This document shows, piece after piece, positions 1-7,747 of a DNA stretch of 39,989 nt. The DNA is taken from IMG/VR virus record IMGVR_UViG_3300037473_000044; one strand, given 5' to 3'. Each line of letters starts with the position of its first letter. The stretch's first letter is position 1. The translations under genes and the position numbers were made by a program. The notes below the pieces were generated by a model, which saw only the letters and a program-made list of their open reading frames with translations, searched no databases and was not told the DNA's origin. This DNA comes from a virus.

Positions 1-127
1 TAAATGAAAAAGCCCCGGTTGGCGCCGGGGCTCAGAACAGGGAGCAAAGAAATGGACCGACACAGTGTAGCACTCCAGTGGGACCCCGATGGCAGCTTAA
101 CGAAGCTGTTTGACGAGCGCGCGGCGG
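1..127. repeat. Terminal overlap, copy 1 (identical to 39863-39989)
   Basis: Read directly: bases 1-127 (taaatgaaaaagccccgg...gagcgcgcggcgg) equal the last 127 bases of the window. Confidence 0.95.
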
Positions 128-495
128 CGGATCGGGCGCGGTTCGGCGTGGCGAGTGGCAAGCGCGGCCCGGCGTTCACGGCGCCCGAGCTGACGCCCTA
201 TCAGCGCAAGTTGGAATCGGCGCAGGCGGTGATCCGCAGCGGTTTCGAGTTGTTGCTGGAGGCGGAGAAGGGCCGGCCGTTGACGACGGGCGAGTTGGAT
301 CACTGCGTCACGCAAGCGGCGATTGCCATGCGGCGCGCGGACCCGGCCTGCTACGAGGACGACAAGTCCGATGCGGTGGGGGAGACGGTGGCGTACTTCC
401 GCGGCCGGCCGTCGCTGGGGCTGACCGAGCACGAGGTGCGCGAGGTGGCGCAAGAGGCCATTGCGATCTTCCGCACGGTGGAGGCGAAGCAGTGA
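52..495 (+). CDS. Hypothetical early protein
   Basis: Track ORF 4-495. The ATG at 52 follows GGAG (41-44) and lies downstream of the hairpin at 11-32, so 52 is preferred over 4. The stop overlaps the next start (GTGA, 492-495). Confidence 0.6.
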   Translation: MDRHSVALQWDPDGSLTKLFDERAAADRARFGVASGKRGPAFTAPELTPYQRKLESAQAVIRSGFELLLEAEKGRPLTTGELDHCVTQAAIAMRRADPACYEDDKSDAVGETVAYFRGRPSLGLTEHEVREVAQEAIAIFRTVEAKQ

Positions 496-929
496 AGGTC
501 GTCATCAATCGATGCTTCGGCGGATTCGGCCTGAGCGATGCCGCTTACGAACAGCTCATCGCTTGGGGCGTTCCGGTGCGCGCTTACGTCGAGCAAACCA
601 GAAACGCGGAGACAGGGCTCTATGAGCCTCAACCGCTGAATGACGGCGAGGTCATCTTTGACCGCGAGCTGACGCCTGAGGGCGCGTCCGATTACAACGA
701 CATCTACTGGAAATTCAAGGCCATCAGTGACCGTTACTGGGACTGCTGGACACGCGAAAACAGAACGCATCCGCTTCTCGTTCGGCTTGTCGAGGAGATG
801 GGGTCGGAAGCAGCCAGCGGCAGACACGGAGAGCTTGCGGTCGTTGAGGTTCCAGACGGCGTTGAGTTCACCATCGAGGACTACGACGGCCGCGAGCACA
901 TCGCTGAGACGCATAGGACGTGGGAATGA
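492..929 (+). CDS. Conserved hypothetical phage protein
   Basis: GTG start coupled to the upstream stop. The N-terminus (MKVVINRCFGGFGLS) and C-terminus (EVPDGVEFTIEDYDGREHIAETHRTW) look like a widespread uncharacterised phage/bacterial family. Function is unknown. Confidence 0.65.
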   Translation: MKVVINRCFGGFGLSDAAYEQLIAWGVPVRAYVEQTRNAETGLYEPQPLNDGEVIFDRELTPEGASDYNDIYWKFKAISDRYWDCWTRENRTHPLLVRLVEEMGSEAASGRHGELAVVEVPDGVEFTIEDYDGREHIAETHRTWE

Positions 930-1135
930 CCGCCCTGATCAACAACCGCGCCCACGACATCGACGTGGACGGCGAGGACACGTCAGACGGCACGCGCGCG
1001 GTCTACCAGTGGGCTGACGCGGTGCCGGAATGTCCCACCTGCGGGGACGATCTGCGCCCCACGCCCGAGACGCATCCGGTGCGACGGCCCGCCATTGTCT
1101 GCGACTGCGGGCAGCGATACGAGGTGATCCAGTGA
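926..1135 (+). CDS. Small zinc-ribbon protein
   Basis: ATG 926 forms an ATGA overlap with the upstream stop (track start 920 is a GTG). The Cys pattern is CPTCGDD...CDCG. Confidence 0.55.
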   Translation: MTALINNRAHDIDVDGEDTSDGTRAVYQWADAVPECPTCGDDLRPTPETHPVRRPAIVCDCGQRYEVIQ

Positions 1136-2043
1136 AGATTATTAAAGGCACAGAAGCCATTACCGTTGAACACCCGGTGTTTTGCTGGTTCGGCCAGCCC
1201 GGCATCGGCAAGTCCAGCCTCGGGTACTCGACGAGCGACCCGCTGTTGTTGGACTTCGACTCGGGCGCCCACCGCGCGGCGAATCGTCGCGACACGCTCG
1301 CCATTGGCTCATGGGCCGATGTCGTCGAGTTGATGGAGACGCGCGGCGCGCTCGATCCCTACCAGACCATCGTCGTCGACACCGTAGGGCGCTGCCTGGA
1401 CGTGATGACGGCCGACATTATCGCCGGCACGCCGAAGCTTGGCCCCAACGGCAACCTGTCACAGCAGGGGTGGGGCGTTCTCAAGACGCGCTTCCGCACG
1501 TGGATTGCGTCTCTCCGCACGCTCGGCAAAGACGTCGCGCTCATCGCGCACGACAAAGAGGACAAGGACGGCGACAGCCGCGTGATCCGGCCCGACATCG
1601 TAGGCGGTTCCTACGGCGAGGTAATGAAGGTCGCTGACTTCGTGGCCTACGTCTACATGGCGGGCAAAGAGCGCGTGATGGACTTCAACCCGACCGATCG
1701 ATGGGTCGGCAAGAACCCGGCAGGGTGGAAGCCGTTCCACGTGCCGCCAGTCGCCAAGGCGCAGTCCTTCATGGCGGACCTGTTCACGCAGGGACGTCAG
1801 GCGCTCGGGAGCATCAGTGAGGCCAGCGCCAAGGTCGCTCAGCAGATCGACGGCTGGCGCGAGGCTATCGACGCCTTCACGACGCCAGGGGAATGCACTG
1901 ACGCGATCCCTGAGATCAACACGCTCTCTCCGGTGGCGGCGCCGCAAGTCAAGAAGCTGCTGATGGACCGGGCCAAGGCGCTGCACTTCACGTTTGACAC
2001 GTCCGCGAAGGCGTTCGTGGCGCCAGAACTGGCGGCGCAGTAG
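1132..2043 (+). CDS. Sak4-like / AAA_24-type RecA-fold ATPase (recombination)
   Basis: GTG 1132 overlaps the upstream TGA. The N-terminus is VKIIKGTEAITVE. Walker A is GQPGIGKSS and a Walker-B-like motif is TIVVDTVG. The size and position upstream of a nuclease are typical of phage Sak4-type proteins. Confidence 0.6.
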   Translation: MKIIKGTEAITVEHPVFCWFGQPGIGKSSLGYSTSDPLLLDFDSGAHRAANRRDTLAIGSWADVVELMETRGALDPYQTIVVDTVGRCLDVMTADIIAGTPKLGPNGNLSQQGWGVLKTRFRTWIASLRTLGKDVALIAHDKEDKDGDSRVIRPDIVGGSYGEVMKVADFVAYVYMAGKERVMDFNPTDRWVGKNPAGWKPFHVPPVAKAQSFMADLFTQGRQALGSISEASAKVAQQIDGWREAIDAFTTPGECTDAIPEINTLSPVAAPQVKKLLMDRAKALHFTFDTSAKAFVAPELAAQ

Positions 2044-2045
2044 CC

Positions 2046-2681
2046 ATGCGTATCAGCACCACGACGCTGGAGTCCTTCCGGCTGTTCATGCAGCCGGATC
2101 AGGAATGGATGTCGGCCGACGAACTCGCCGCGACGATTCAAGGCCGGTTTGTCCCGACACCCAAGGTGCTGCTAGGCAAGGCGTTCGGGGAAGTGCTCGA
2201 GACGCCAGAGGCGTTCAAGGTGTCCGGCGGCTACCGGCACGGCGAATACACGTTTGACGACGCGGTGATGGAACCCGCCCTGGCGATCTTCGATCGTCGG
2301 GGCGTGTTCGAGGCCAAGGCTGTGAAGCAATACGGCCCCTACACCGTCGTGGCGAAGGCCGATCAGTTGCTCGGGTCGCAGCTCATCGAGAACAAGACGA
2401 CGCTCTCCACGTTCGACTTCGACAAGTACGCGGCGTCCTGTCAGTGGCGCTTCATGGCGGACATCTTTCAGCCGTCACACATCACCTACAACGTGTTCTG
2501 CCTGAACGAGGACTACAACGGCTACATCAGCCTGCGTGGCATCGAAACCTTCAACCTGTATCCCTACGACGGCCTACACGCGGACTGCTGTGCGCTGGTG
2601 AAGGAGTTCGCGGAGTACGCGGAAGTAATCGGCCTCGGGGACTTCCTGCGCGAACGTCAGCGCCTTGCGGAGGTCGCATGA
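2046..2681 (+). CDS. PD-(D/E)XK (Cas4/RecB-like) nuclease family protein
   Basis: The segment VVAKADQLLGSQLIENKTT fits a D...ExK core, and the gene is adjacent to the Sak4-like ATPase. The motif was read by eye only. Confidence 0.45.
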   Translation: MRISTTTLESFRLFMQPDQEWMSADELAATIQGRFVPTPKVLLGKAFGEVLETPEAFKVSGGYRHGEYTFDDAVMEPALAIFDRRGVFEAKAVKQYGPYTVVAKADQLLGSQLIENKTTLSTFDFDKYAASCQWRFMADIFQPSHITYNVFCLNEDYNGYISLRGIETFNLYPYDGLHADCCALVKEFAEYAEVIGLGDFLRERQRLAEVA

Positions 2682-2950
2682 CACCCCACTTGGAAGTCGT
2701 CTGGAGTGGCGCCAAAGAGCGCACAGGTGAAGCGCCGGGCTTGTCCTCGCCCTTCATCGGCAGTGTCGCGCGGCTCTGTATCGAGGCCGGCAGTAATCGG
2801 CTGAAAGAGGGCGTGCTGAAGGTCCGCTATCAGCGCAAGGGCTACATGACGTGTCAGGCGCCCAACTGCGGGGCGCGGTTCAAGCGAGTAGGTATGGAGC
2901 GGATGTGCTCGTCATGTTTCGTGACGCGCAATCGTCCGGTGTTCCGATGA
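2678..2950 (+). CDS. Small Cys4 zinc-finger protein
   Basis: ATG 2678 sits in an ATGA overlap with the upstream stop. The Cys pattern is CQAPNCG...CSSC. Confidence 0.55.
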   Translation: MTPHLEVVWSGAKERTGEAPGLSSPFIGSVARLCIEAGSNRLKEGVLKVRYQRKGYMTCQAPNCGARFKRVGMERMCSSCFVTRNRPVFR

Positions 2951-3378
2951 GCGACTGGCCGCTGATCATCCAAGCGCAGCTCGTCAACGGGCGCCTGAAG
3001 GTGAACCGCAACCGACTGCGGAAGCTCCTGGCGACTCGGCGCGATTGCGAGTTGGAGATCGTGATCGAGCGCAAGCATGCCACGCGCAGTCTTGCGGCAA
3101 ACGCATTTTACTGGGCCGGCGTCATCGGGACGATCTCGGAATACACCGGCTATACACCCGAAGAGGTCCATGAATTTTGCAAGGCCCGTTTTTTACCGAA
3201 GAAAGTCACGCTCGCGGACAAGAACGGTGAAGTCGCGGAAGAGATCGTGATCGGCACGTCGACCACGAAACTGAACAAGCTGCAATTCGGTGAGTACATC
3301 GAGGCGATCCGTCAGTGGGCCGCGGAAACGCTCGACCTGAACATTCCCAACCCGCTGCCGCTGGAGATGGCGTCGTGA
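2947..3378 (+). CDS. NinB/Orf-like recombination mediator
   Basis: ATGA overlap at 2947. ERKHATRSLAANAFYWAGVIG and GTSTTKLNKLQFGEYIEAIRQWAAE resemble the lambda NinB pattern (RSLDQN...W ... STS.....F.E.). The comparison was by eye. Confidence 0.45.
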   Translation: MSDWPLIIQAQLVNGRLKVNRNRLRKLLATRRDCELEIVIERKHATRSLAANAFYWAGVIGTISEYTGYTPEEVHEFCKARFLPKKVTLADKNGEVAEEIVIGTSTTKLNKLQFGEYIEAIRQWAAETLDLNIPNPLPLEMAS

Positions 3379-3836
3379 GCACTTGGCCTCCGACCAATCC
3401 CGTGGGCTTCATGCCGAAGCCGTCGCGGTTCCAGCGCGAGCTGGCGAAAGACGAGCGTCGCAAAGAGAAGGCGCGCACCAAGAAGCAGGCCGAGCGCGAG
3501 GCCGACGCGGTGTGGGCCAAAACGGCGTACGACGTGTATGTGCGCGACCACGGCTGTTCGCGTGCGTCTGGCCGTCCGCTCAAGTTCCGGTCTGGCCCCG
3601 TGGCGACGATTGCCGATCCGCATCACATCGCGTGGCGCTCAGCCGGTGGCGACGACTCGACAAAAAATCTCGTCACTCTGTCGCGGGACGAGCACGACAT
3701 GGTGCATATGCGCGGCAACTACAAGTTCCGGTTGGAAGTGGAAGGCGACGCGAACCAGACGTTGACCTTTCGGAAGTATTCGATGGAAACGGGCCGACTC
3801 GTGCGCGAGTGGGACTCGCCCAATCCAAGCGCGTAA
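3375..3836 (+). CDS. HNH endonuclease
   Basis: GTGA overlap at 3375. The HNH core is DPHHIAWRSAGGDDSTKNLVTLSRDEHDMVH. Confidence 0.6.
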   Translation: MSTWPPTNPVGFMPKPSRFQRELAKDERRKEKARTKKQAEREADAVWAKTAYDVYVRDHGCSRASGRPLKFRSGPVATIADPHHIAWRSAGGDDSTKNLVTLSRDEHDMVHMRGNYKFRLEVEGDANQTLTFRKYSMETGRLVREWDSPNPSA

Positions 3837-3864
3837 CGCGACATTCAGATACGGAGTCTCCCCC

Positions 3865-4071
3865 ATGACACAGCTTGCGGCTCGACCCGAGGACTACGAA
3901 CGCGCCCGCCGGCAGGCGCGGCTGCTGGCCTTTCCGCACGCATCGGACGCCTCGGTGGCGGAAGCGCGCATGGCGGAGGCGCGCACGGCGAAGCGGATTC
4001 GATCCGCCTTCTGGGGCGCGGTCGGCCTGGCCGTGATCGTCGGGGCGCTGGTTGTGTGGGGGATGCGATGA
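3865..4071 (+). CDS. Small membrane protein (C-terminal TM helix)
   Basis: ATG 3865 follows ACGGAG. The C-terminus FWGAVGLAVIVGALVVWGM is hydrophobic. Confidence 0.55.
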   Translation: MTQLAARPEDYERARRQARLLAFPHASDASVAEARMAEARTAKRIRSAFWGAVGLAVIVGALVVWGMR

Positions 4072-4295
4072 ATTGGCAACCGATTTCAACGGCGCCAGTG
4101 GTGCCCTTTGGACATCCGCCCGTGGATGTATTGCTCTACGGCGGTTCCATTGGCGTGTGCAGTGGTAGAGCGTGCAGCCATAACGACGGTTGGATCTTTG
4201 CGAGCGTGTCTCACGTCAATGGCAATCTGGCTGAAGACCGATTGGTCAGCCACTGGATGCCGTTACCTGATCCACCAGCGGAGCGTGCGAAGTGA
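4068..4295 (+). CDS. DUF551-like phage protein
   Basis: ATGA overlap at 4068. MNWQPISTAP...SHWMPLPDPP matches the W.PI......THWMPLPxPP signature of DUF551. Confidence 0.6.
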   Translation: MNWQPISTAPVVPFGHPPVDVLLYGGSIGVCSGRACSHNDGWIFASVSHVNGNLAEDRLVSHWMPLPDPPAERAK

Positions 4296-4504
4296 TCCGC
4301 CGCCTGTTCCGCGCCCTGTTCGGCTGTCGCCACGCGGATCTGATCCGCGAGCGTGACGCGAAAGGCCGCTACGCCTTCGTGTGTTCCTGCGGCTACCGAG
4401 AGTCCTTGGCGTTTGGGGAGCCCAAGAAGATCAAGAAGTTGCAGGCGCAGATGGCGAAGCCCAAAACGCCGGCCACGGTGACGCCGCTCAGGAGGGCAAA
4501 GTGA
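4292..4504 (+). CDS. Hypothetical small protein (Cys/His cluster)
   Basis: GTGA overlap at 4292. The Cys/His pattern is GCRH...CSCG. Confidence 0.5.
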   Translation: MIRRLFRALFGCRHADLIRERDAKGRYAFVCSCGYRESLAFGEPKKIKKLQAQMAKPKTPATVTPLRRAK

Positions 4505-4746
4505 GGACACCAGCGCATGACCCGCGATGTTACGACCTTGCCGAGTTCTTTCTGGAAGGCGCGGACATCAACGGCGCCACGTTATCGAGCGCTGAAGTTA
4601 AACGCTACGCGCCGGAACTGGCACAGCACATCCAAGACGCCGTTGAGGCGTGGCTCGGTTACGACTTGCTTGAGTCGGCTGCTATCGATCACCGCATCGC
4701 GGCGATTGTGGCGAACGCGAAAGCGAGCAGCGATGCCAAGTCCTAA
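4501..4746 (+). CDS. Hypothetical protein
   Basis: GTG 4501 overlaps the upstream TGA and is in frame with track ORF 4381-4746. Confidence 0.45.
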   Translation: MRTPAHDPRCYDLAEFFLEGADINGATLSSAEVKRYAPELAQHIQDAVEAWLGYDLLESAAIDHRIAAIVANAKASSDAKS

Positions 4747-4791
4747 GGTGCTCACGGTGGAAGACGCCGAAGTGTTGATCGCCTTGCGCCA

Positions 4792-4808
4792 GTTGCGGAC
4801 GGACGAGG
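4792..4808 (+). repeat. 17-bp direct repeat GTTGCGGACGGACGAGG, copy 1
   Basis: Exact copy of 5172-5188. It lies 31 nt upstream of the ATG at 4839. Confidence 0.9.
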
Positions 4809-4838
4809 CTCTAACTCTTTCAACGAAAACGAGGATAC

Positions 4839-5168
4839 ATGACTGCAAATAATCCCCAGCCGAACCCGGCGGATTCTGGACATTGGTGCGTGGTTGGACG
4901 GCGCGCGGTTGTCGCCAAGTATGGCGGGCGTCCATGGGAAGAGGTCAAGCGCGCTGCTGAGGCTGGCGAGGACGGCTTGCGACTGGTGCGTGAGGGTGCG
5001 CTCCGTTTGACCGCCGAACAGTTCGAGTCCGGCTTGCGGGGCTACTTCAACTACAACGTCCAACTCAACGAGTTCGCGCTCCGCGAAATTCGTCTCCTCG
5101 GGCAACAAGTGGCCGGCCTGTTCCTCCAGAACTGGGACAAGAACACGCCAGTGAAAGCGGTGGCCTGA
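4839..5168 (+). CDS. Hypothetical protein
   Basis: The ATG is preceded by GAGGA. The ORF is 109 aa and is bracketed by the 17-bp repeats. Confidence 0.6.
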   Translation: MTANNPQPNPADSGHWCVVGRRAVVAKYGGRPWEEVKRAAEAGEDGLRLVREGALRLTAEQFESGLRGYFNYNVQLNEFALREIRLLGQQVAGLFLQNWDKNTPVKAVA

Positions 5169-5171
5169 CGT

Positions 5172-5188
5172 GTTGCGGACGGACGAGG
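5172..5188 (+). repeat. 17-bp direct repeat GTTGCGGACGGACGAGG, copy 2
   Basis: Exact copy of 4792-4808. It lies 23 nt upstream of the GTG at 5211. Confidence 0.9.
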
Positions 5189-5210
5189 GAGACGAGAGGC
5201 GGAGGGCGAA

Positions 5211-6530
5211 GTGACAGCCGCCACGCTGTTTTCAGGCATCGGGGCTCCAGAAGTCGCCATGCCCGAGTGGGATTGGATCTGGCACGCCGAGATCGAGAAG
5301 TTCCCTGCGGCGGTCATGGCCGAGCGCCATCCGCTGTCGGTGAATCTGGGAGACGTAACCGCCGATGACTTCTGCGAACGCGCCCTCGCTATTGGACGGC
5401 CTGATGTCCTCGTCTTCGGATCGCCCTGTCAGGCGTTCTCCGTCGCCGGCCGACGCCTCGGACTGGATGATCCGCGCGGCAACTTGGCGCTCGTCGCCTT
5501 GGGAATTGTTGCGCGACTTGAGCCCACATGGTTCGTCTTCGAGAACGTTCCCGGTCTTCTGTCCTCCAGCGACGGACGAGACTTCGGGCTTTTCCTGCGA
5601 ACAGTGGATGACCTCAGGTATCACCTCGGGTGGACGCACCTGGACGCGCAGTACTTCGGAGTGGCGCAGCGGCGCCGCCGTCTGTTCGCTGTCGGCCACG
5701 CTCGAGACTGGCGCGGTCCCGCCGCCGTACTACTTGAGCCCGAAAGCCTGTGCGGGCATCCTCCGACGCGCGGCGAAGCGCGGGAAGACGTTACCGGCAC
5801 CCTTAGAGCGGGCTCTGGTGGCGGTTGCGGGCCTGGGCCAGACGAAGCCGCGCGAGGCATGTTAATCGCTCCGACGCTTCGCGCTGGAGGCAATAGGACT
5901 GGCGGTGATCGTCCTCCAGGCACAGACGTGGATACCGTCGAGAGTTTGGTGGTAGCGCGGGCGCTCACGACGTCAAATCAGCGGATTGACTACGAAACCG
6001 AGACGCTGATCGCGCACTCACTCCGCGCCGATGGCTTCGACGCATCAGAGGATGGCACAGGACGCGGCACGCCGCTCGTACCAGTGGCCTACGCAATCGG
6101 CTCACATGCTGGCGCGGCAGATGGCGATCAAACGAACCGATCGCACGCGAAGGGCGGTCCAGTCGGCCTGAACATCAGCGAAGAAGTCGGCTACGCGGTG
6201 CGCGCCGGTCGACCACCCGCAGTAGCGTTCGACGCGCGGCAATCTGACGTCATCCAATACGGCGACAAGACCGGTCCGCTCGACACGGATGGCCAGACCA
6301 TCGGCGTGCTCACGTCAGGCGTGCGGCGATTGACCCCGCGCGAGTGCGAAAGACTTCAGGGACTACCCGACGACTACACGCTGATCACCTACCGCGGCAA
6401 GCCTGCGGCTGACGGGCCGCGCTACAAGGCGATCGGCAACAGTATGGCCGTCCCAGTCGTGCGCTGGATTCTCTCGCGCCTGGCGTTCATGGATGCCTTC
6501 CAGCGGCAACAGGAAAGGCAGACTGCATGA
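5211..6530 (+). CDS. DNA (cytosine-5)-methyltransferase, orphan
   Basis: Motifs are I (LFSGIGAPE), IV (GSPCQAFS), VI (ENVPGLL), VIII (QRRRRLF), IX (RLTPRECERLQGLPDDY) and X (GNSMAVPV). The GTG start follows GGAGGG. No restriction endonuclease partner is nearby. Confidence 0.9.
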   Translation: MTAATLFSGIGAPEVAMPEWDWIWHAEIEKFPAAVMAERHPLSVNLGDVTADDFCERALAIGRPDVLVFGSPCQAFSVAGRRLGLDDPRGNLALVALGIVARLEPTWFVFENVPGLLSSSDGRDFGLFLRTVDDLRYHLGWTHLDAQYFGVAQRRRRLFAVGHARDWRGPAAVLLEPESLCGHPPTRGEAREDVTGTLRAGSGGGCGPGPDEAARGMLIAPTLRAGGNRTGGDRPPGTDVDTVESLVVARALTTSNQRIDYETETLIAHSLRADGFDASEDGTGRGTPLVPVAYAIGSHAGAADGDQTNRSHAKGGPVGLNISEEVGYAVRAGRPPAVAFDARQSDVIQYGDKTGPLDTDGQTIGVLTSGVRRLTPRECERLQGLPDDYTLITYRGKPAADGPRYKAIGNSMAVPVVRWILSRLAFMDAFQRQQERQTA

Positions 6531-6784
6531 CGCCCATGACCGAAGCCCAGCGCGACCTCTACGAAGAACGCGCCGCCATCCTGGAATTTGACGCGGGCCT
6601 CTCCCGATCCGAGGCGGAACGCGAGGCGCGGCGGCTGGTGCTCGGGGAGCGGACGCAAGGGGCGTTACGGCTCGAAAACGCCGAGAAAGTTGCTGATTTT
6701 GGTAGCGAAGTAAAAAGCGAAGGTGCTACAGTAGGCGGGACGAGGGCGGCGCTAGACACGCCATCCCACGTCCCTAACCGCTGA
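6527..6784 (+). CDS. Hypothetical protein
   Basis: ATGA overlap at 6527. The N-terminal ERAAILEFDAGLSRSEAE motif recurs in phage and plasmid replication-region proteins. The C-terminal third may be read-through into non-coding DNA. Confidence 0.5.
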   Translation: MTPMTEAQRDLYEERAAILEFDAGLSRSEAEREARRLVLGERTQGALRLENAEKVADFGSEVKSEGATVGGTRAALDTPSHVPNR

Positions 6785-6925
6785 CTGGTTGAAGCAGTCG
6801 AACGCGGCTGCCGTCATTCTACAAGACGGCTCCCACCTTCGCCCGTTTCATCCCGTCAGCCCGTCGAAATCGTTCGGTTCGGAGGTTGTCTCATGGCTAT
6901 TGCCCAGCAGCCGGAGGCGCAGTAA

Positions 6926-7747
6926 GTGGCGCGGCCTACGTTGTTTACGCACCCGAAGTTTGTTCGCCTGGTTCATATGCTCGGCTTACCACGGCCTCAT
7001 GTGCTCGGACATCTCGAGCTGATGTGGGCGGTTGGCTACGCCTCTGGCGAACCAGTGCTCGGTGACGAGTTGGATGTCGAACTGGCGGCAGAGTGGACTG
7101 GTGAGCGCGGCGATCTGGTGCGCGCGTTGTCCGACCCGGCCGTGCGGTTGCTTGATCGTTGCGACGATGGACGTTACGCCATCCACGATTTGCACGATCA
7201 CGCGCCACGATACGTGAAAGACCGCTGGCACAAAGAACAGCAGCGCAAAGACTTACAGCGACAGCAGACATGCGGCGGACATGCGGCGGACATGCGGCGG
7301 ACACGAGCCGAAAAATCGGCCACTCCTACACCCGCACCCGCACCCGCACCTACACCCAAAGAACAGCAAAGCGTAGGCGTTGAGCCTGACGGCTCTACGC
7401 CGCCTGACGTCGCGGGCCTTAAGGCGCTCTGGAACACGGGAACATCCGCTCCGATTCCCCAGTGTCGCGAGTTGACGGACAAACGCAAGCGCGCGGCGGC
7501 GGCGCGGCTGAAAGAACGGCCGCTCGAGGAGTGGGTGCCCATCATCGCGCGGATTAACGCCTCGAAGTTTTGCCGTGGAGAAACCGACCGCGGCTCGTGG
7601 GTGGCGACGTTCGACTGGCTGTTGAAGCCCGATACCGCCGTGATGGTCTTGGAGGGCAAGTACGACACGCGCGAACGCGCGCCGGCCCGCGTGCCTGACG
7701 CCGATCGGACACTGGCCTACATCTACGGCCATTCGGATACGCTGTGA
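6926..7747 (+). CDS. Replication initiator / replisome organizer
   Basis: GTG 6926 follows GGAGG. The gene sits directly upstream of, and is coupled to, the DnaB gene. The C-terminus FCRGETDRGSWVATFDWLLKPDTAVMVLEGKYD is typical of phage replication-organizer proteins. DNA-level iterons lie inside the gene. Confidence 0.55.
   Translation: MARPTLFTHPKFVRLVHMLGLPRPHVLGHLELMWAVGYASGEPVLGDELDVELAAEWTGERGDLVRALSDPAVRLLDRCDDGRYAIHDLHDHAPRYVKDRWHKEQQRKDLQRQQTCGGHAADMRRTRAEKSATPTPAPAPAPTPKEQQSVGVEPDGSTPPDVAGLKALWNTGTSAPIPQCRELTDKRKRAAAARLKERPLEEWVPIIARINASKFCRGETDRGSWVATFDWLLKPDTAVMVLEGKYDTRERAPARVPDADRTLAYIYGHSDTL
7267..7303 (+). repeat. 3.4 tandem copies of the 11-bp unit GACATGCGGCG (candidate origin iterons)
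   Basis: Read directly: gacatgcggcg gacatgcggcg gacatgcggcg gaca. The period is not a multiple of 3, so each copy is translated in a different frame. Confidence 0.9.

Noticed and set aside
4-51. N-terminal extension of the first gene (track start ATG at 4)
   Set aside because: The extension would be translated through the 8-bp GC hairpin and has no RBS. The ATG at 52 has GGAG at the proper distance.
1-127. The 127-bp terminal repeat as a biological direct terminal repeat or LTR-like element
   Set aside because: The length equals a commonly used maximum assembly k-mer. The repeat borders fall at arbitrary positions, inside a stop codon on one side and mid-gene on the other. A circularisation artefact is more parsimonious, but only read data can settle it.
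4733-4852. 39-aa ATG ORF overlapping the end of gene 4501-4746 and containing the first 17-bp repeat
   Set aside because: It has no RBS and is very short, and the region is better explained as a leader or boundary element. It is not excluded, only unsupported.
6789-7022. 77-aa + strand ORF in and beyond the 141-bp gap upstream of the replication gene, plus a 10-codon mini-ORF at 6893-6925
   Set aside because: The 77-aa frame overlaps the better-supported replication gene, which has a GTG at 6926 with a GGAGG RBS, and has odd composition. The mini-ORF could be a leader peptide, but I have no support beyond an upstream GGAGG.
7329-7350. CACCCG hexamer tandem repeat
   Set aside because: It is in frame and encodes a Pro-Ala-Pro linker (PAPAPAPTP) between the two domains of the replication protein. 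It is explained at the protein level, unlike the adjacent 11-bp iterons.
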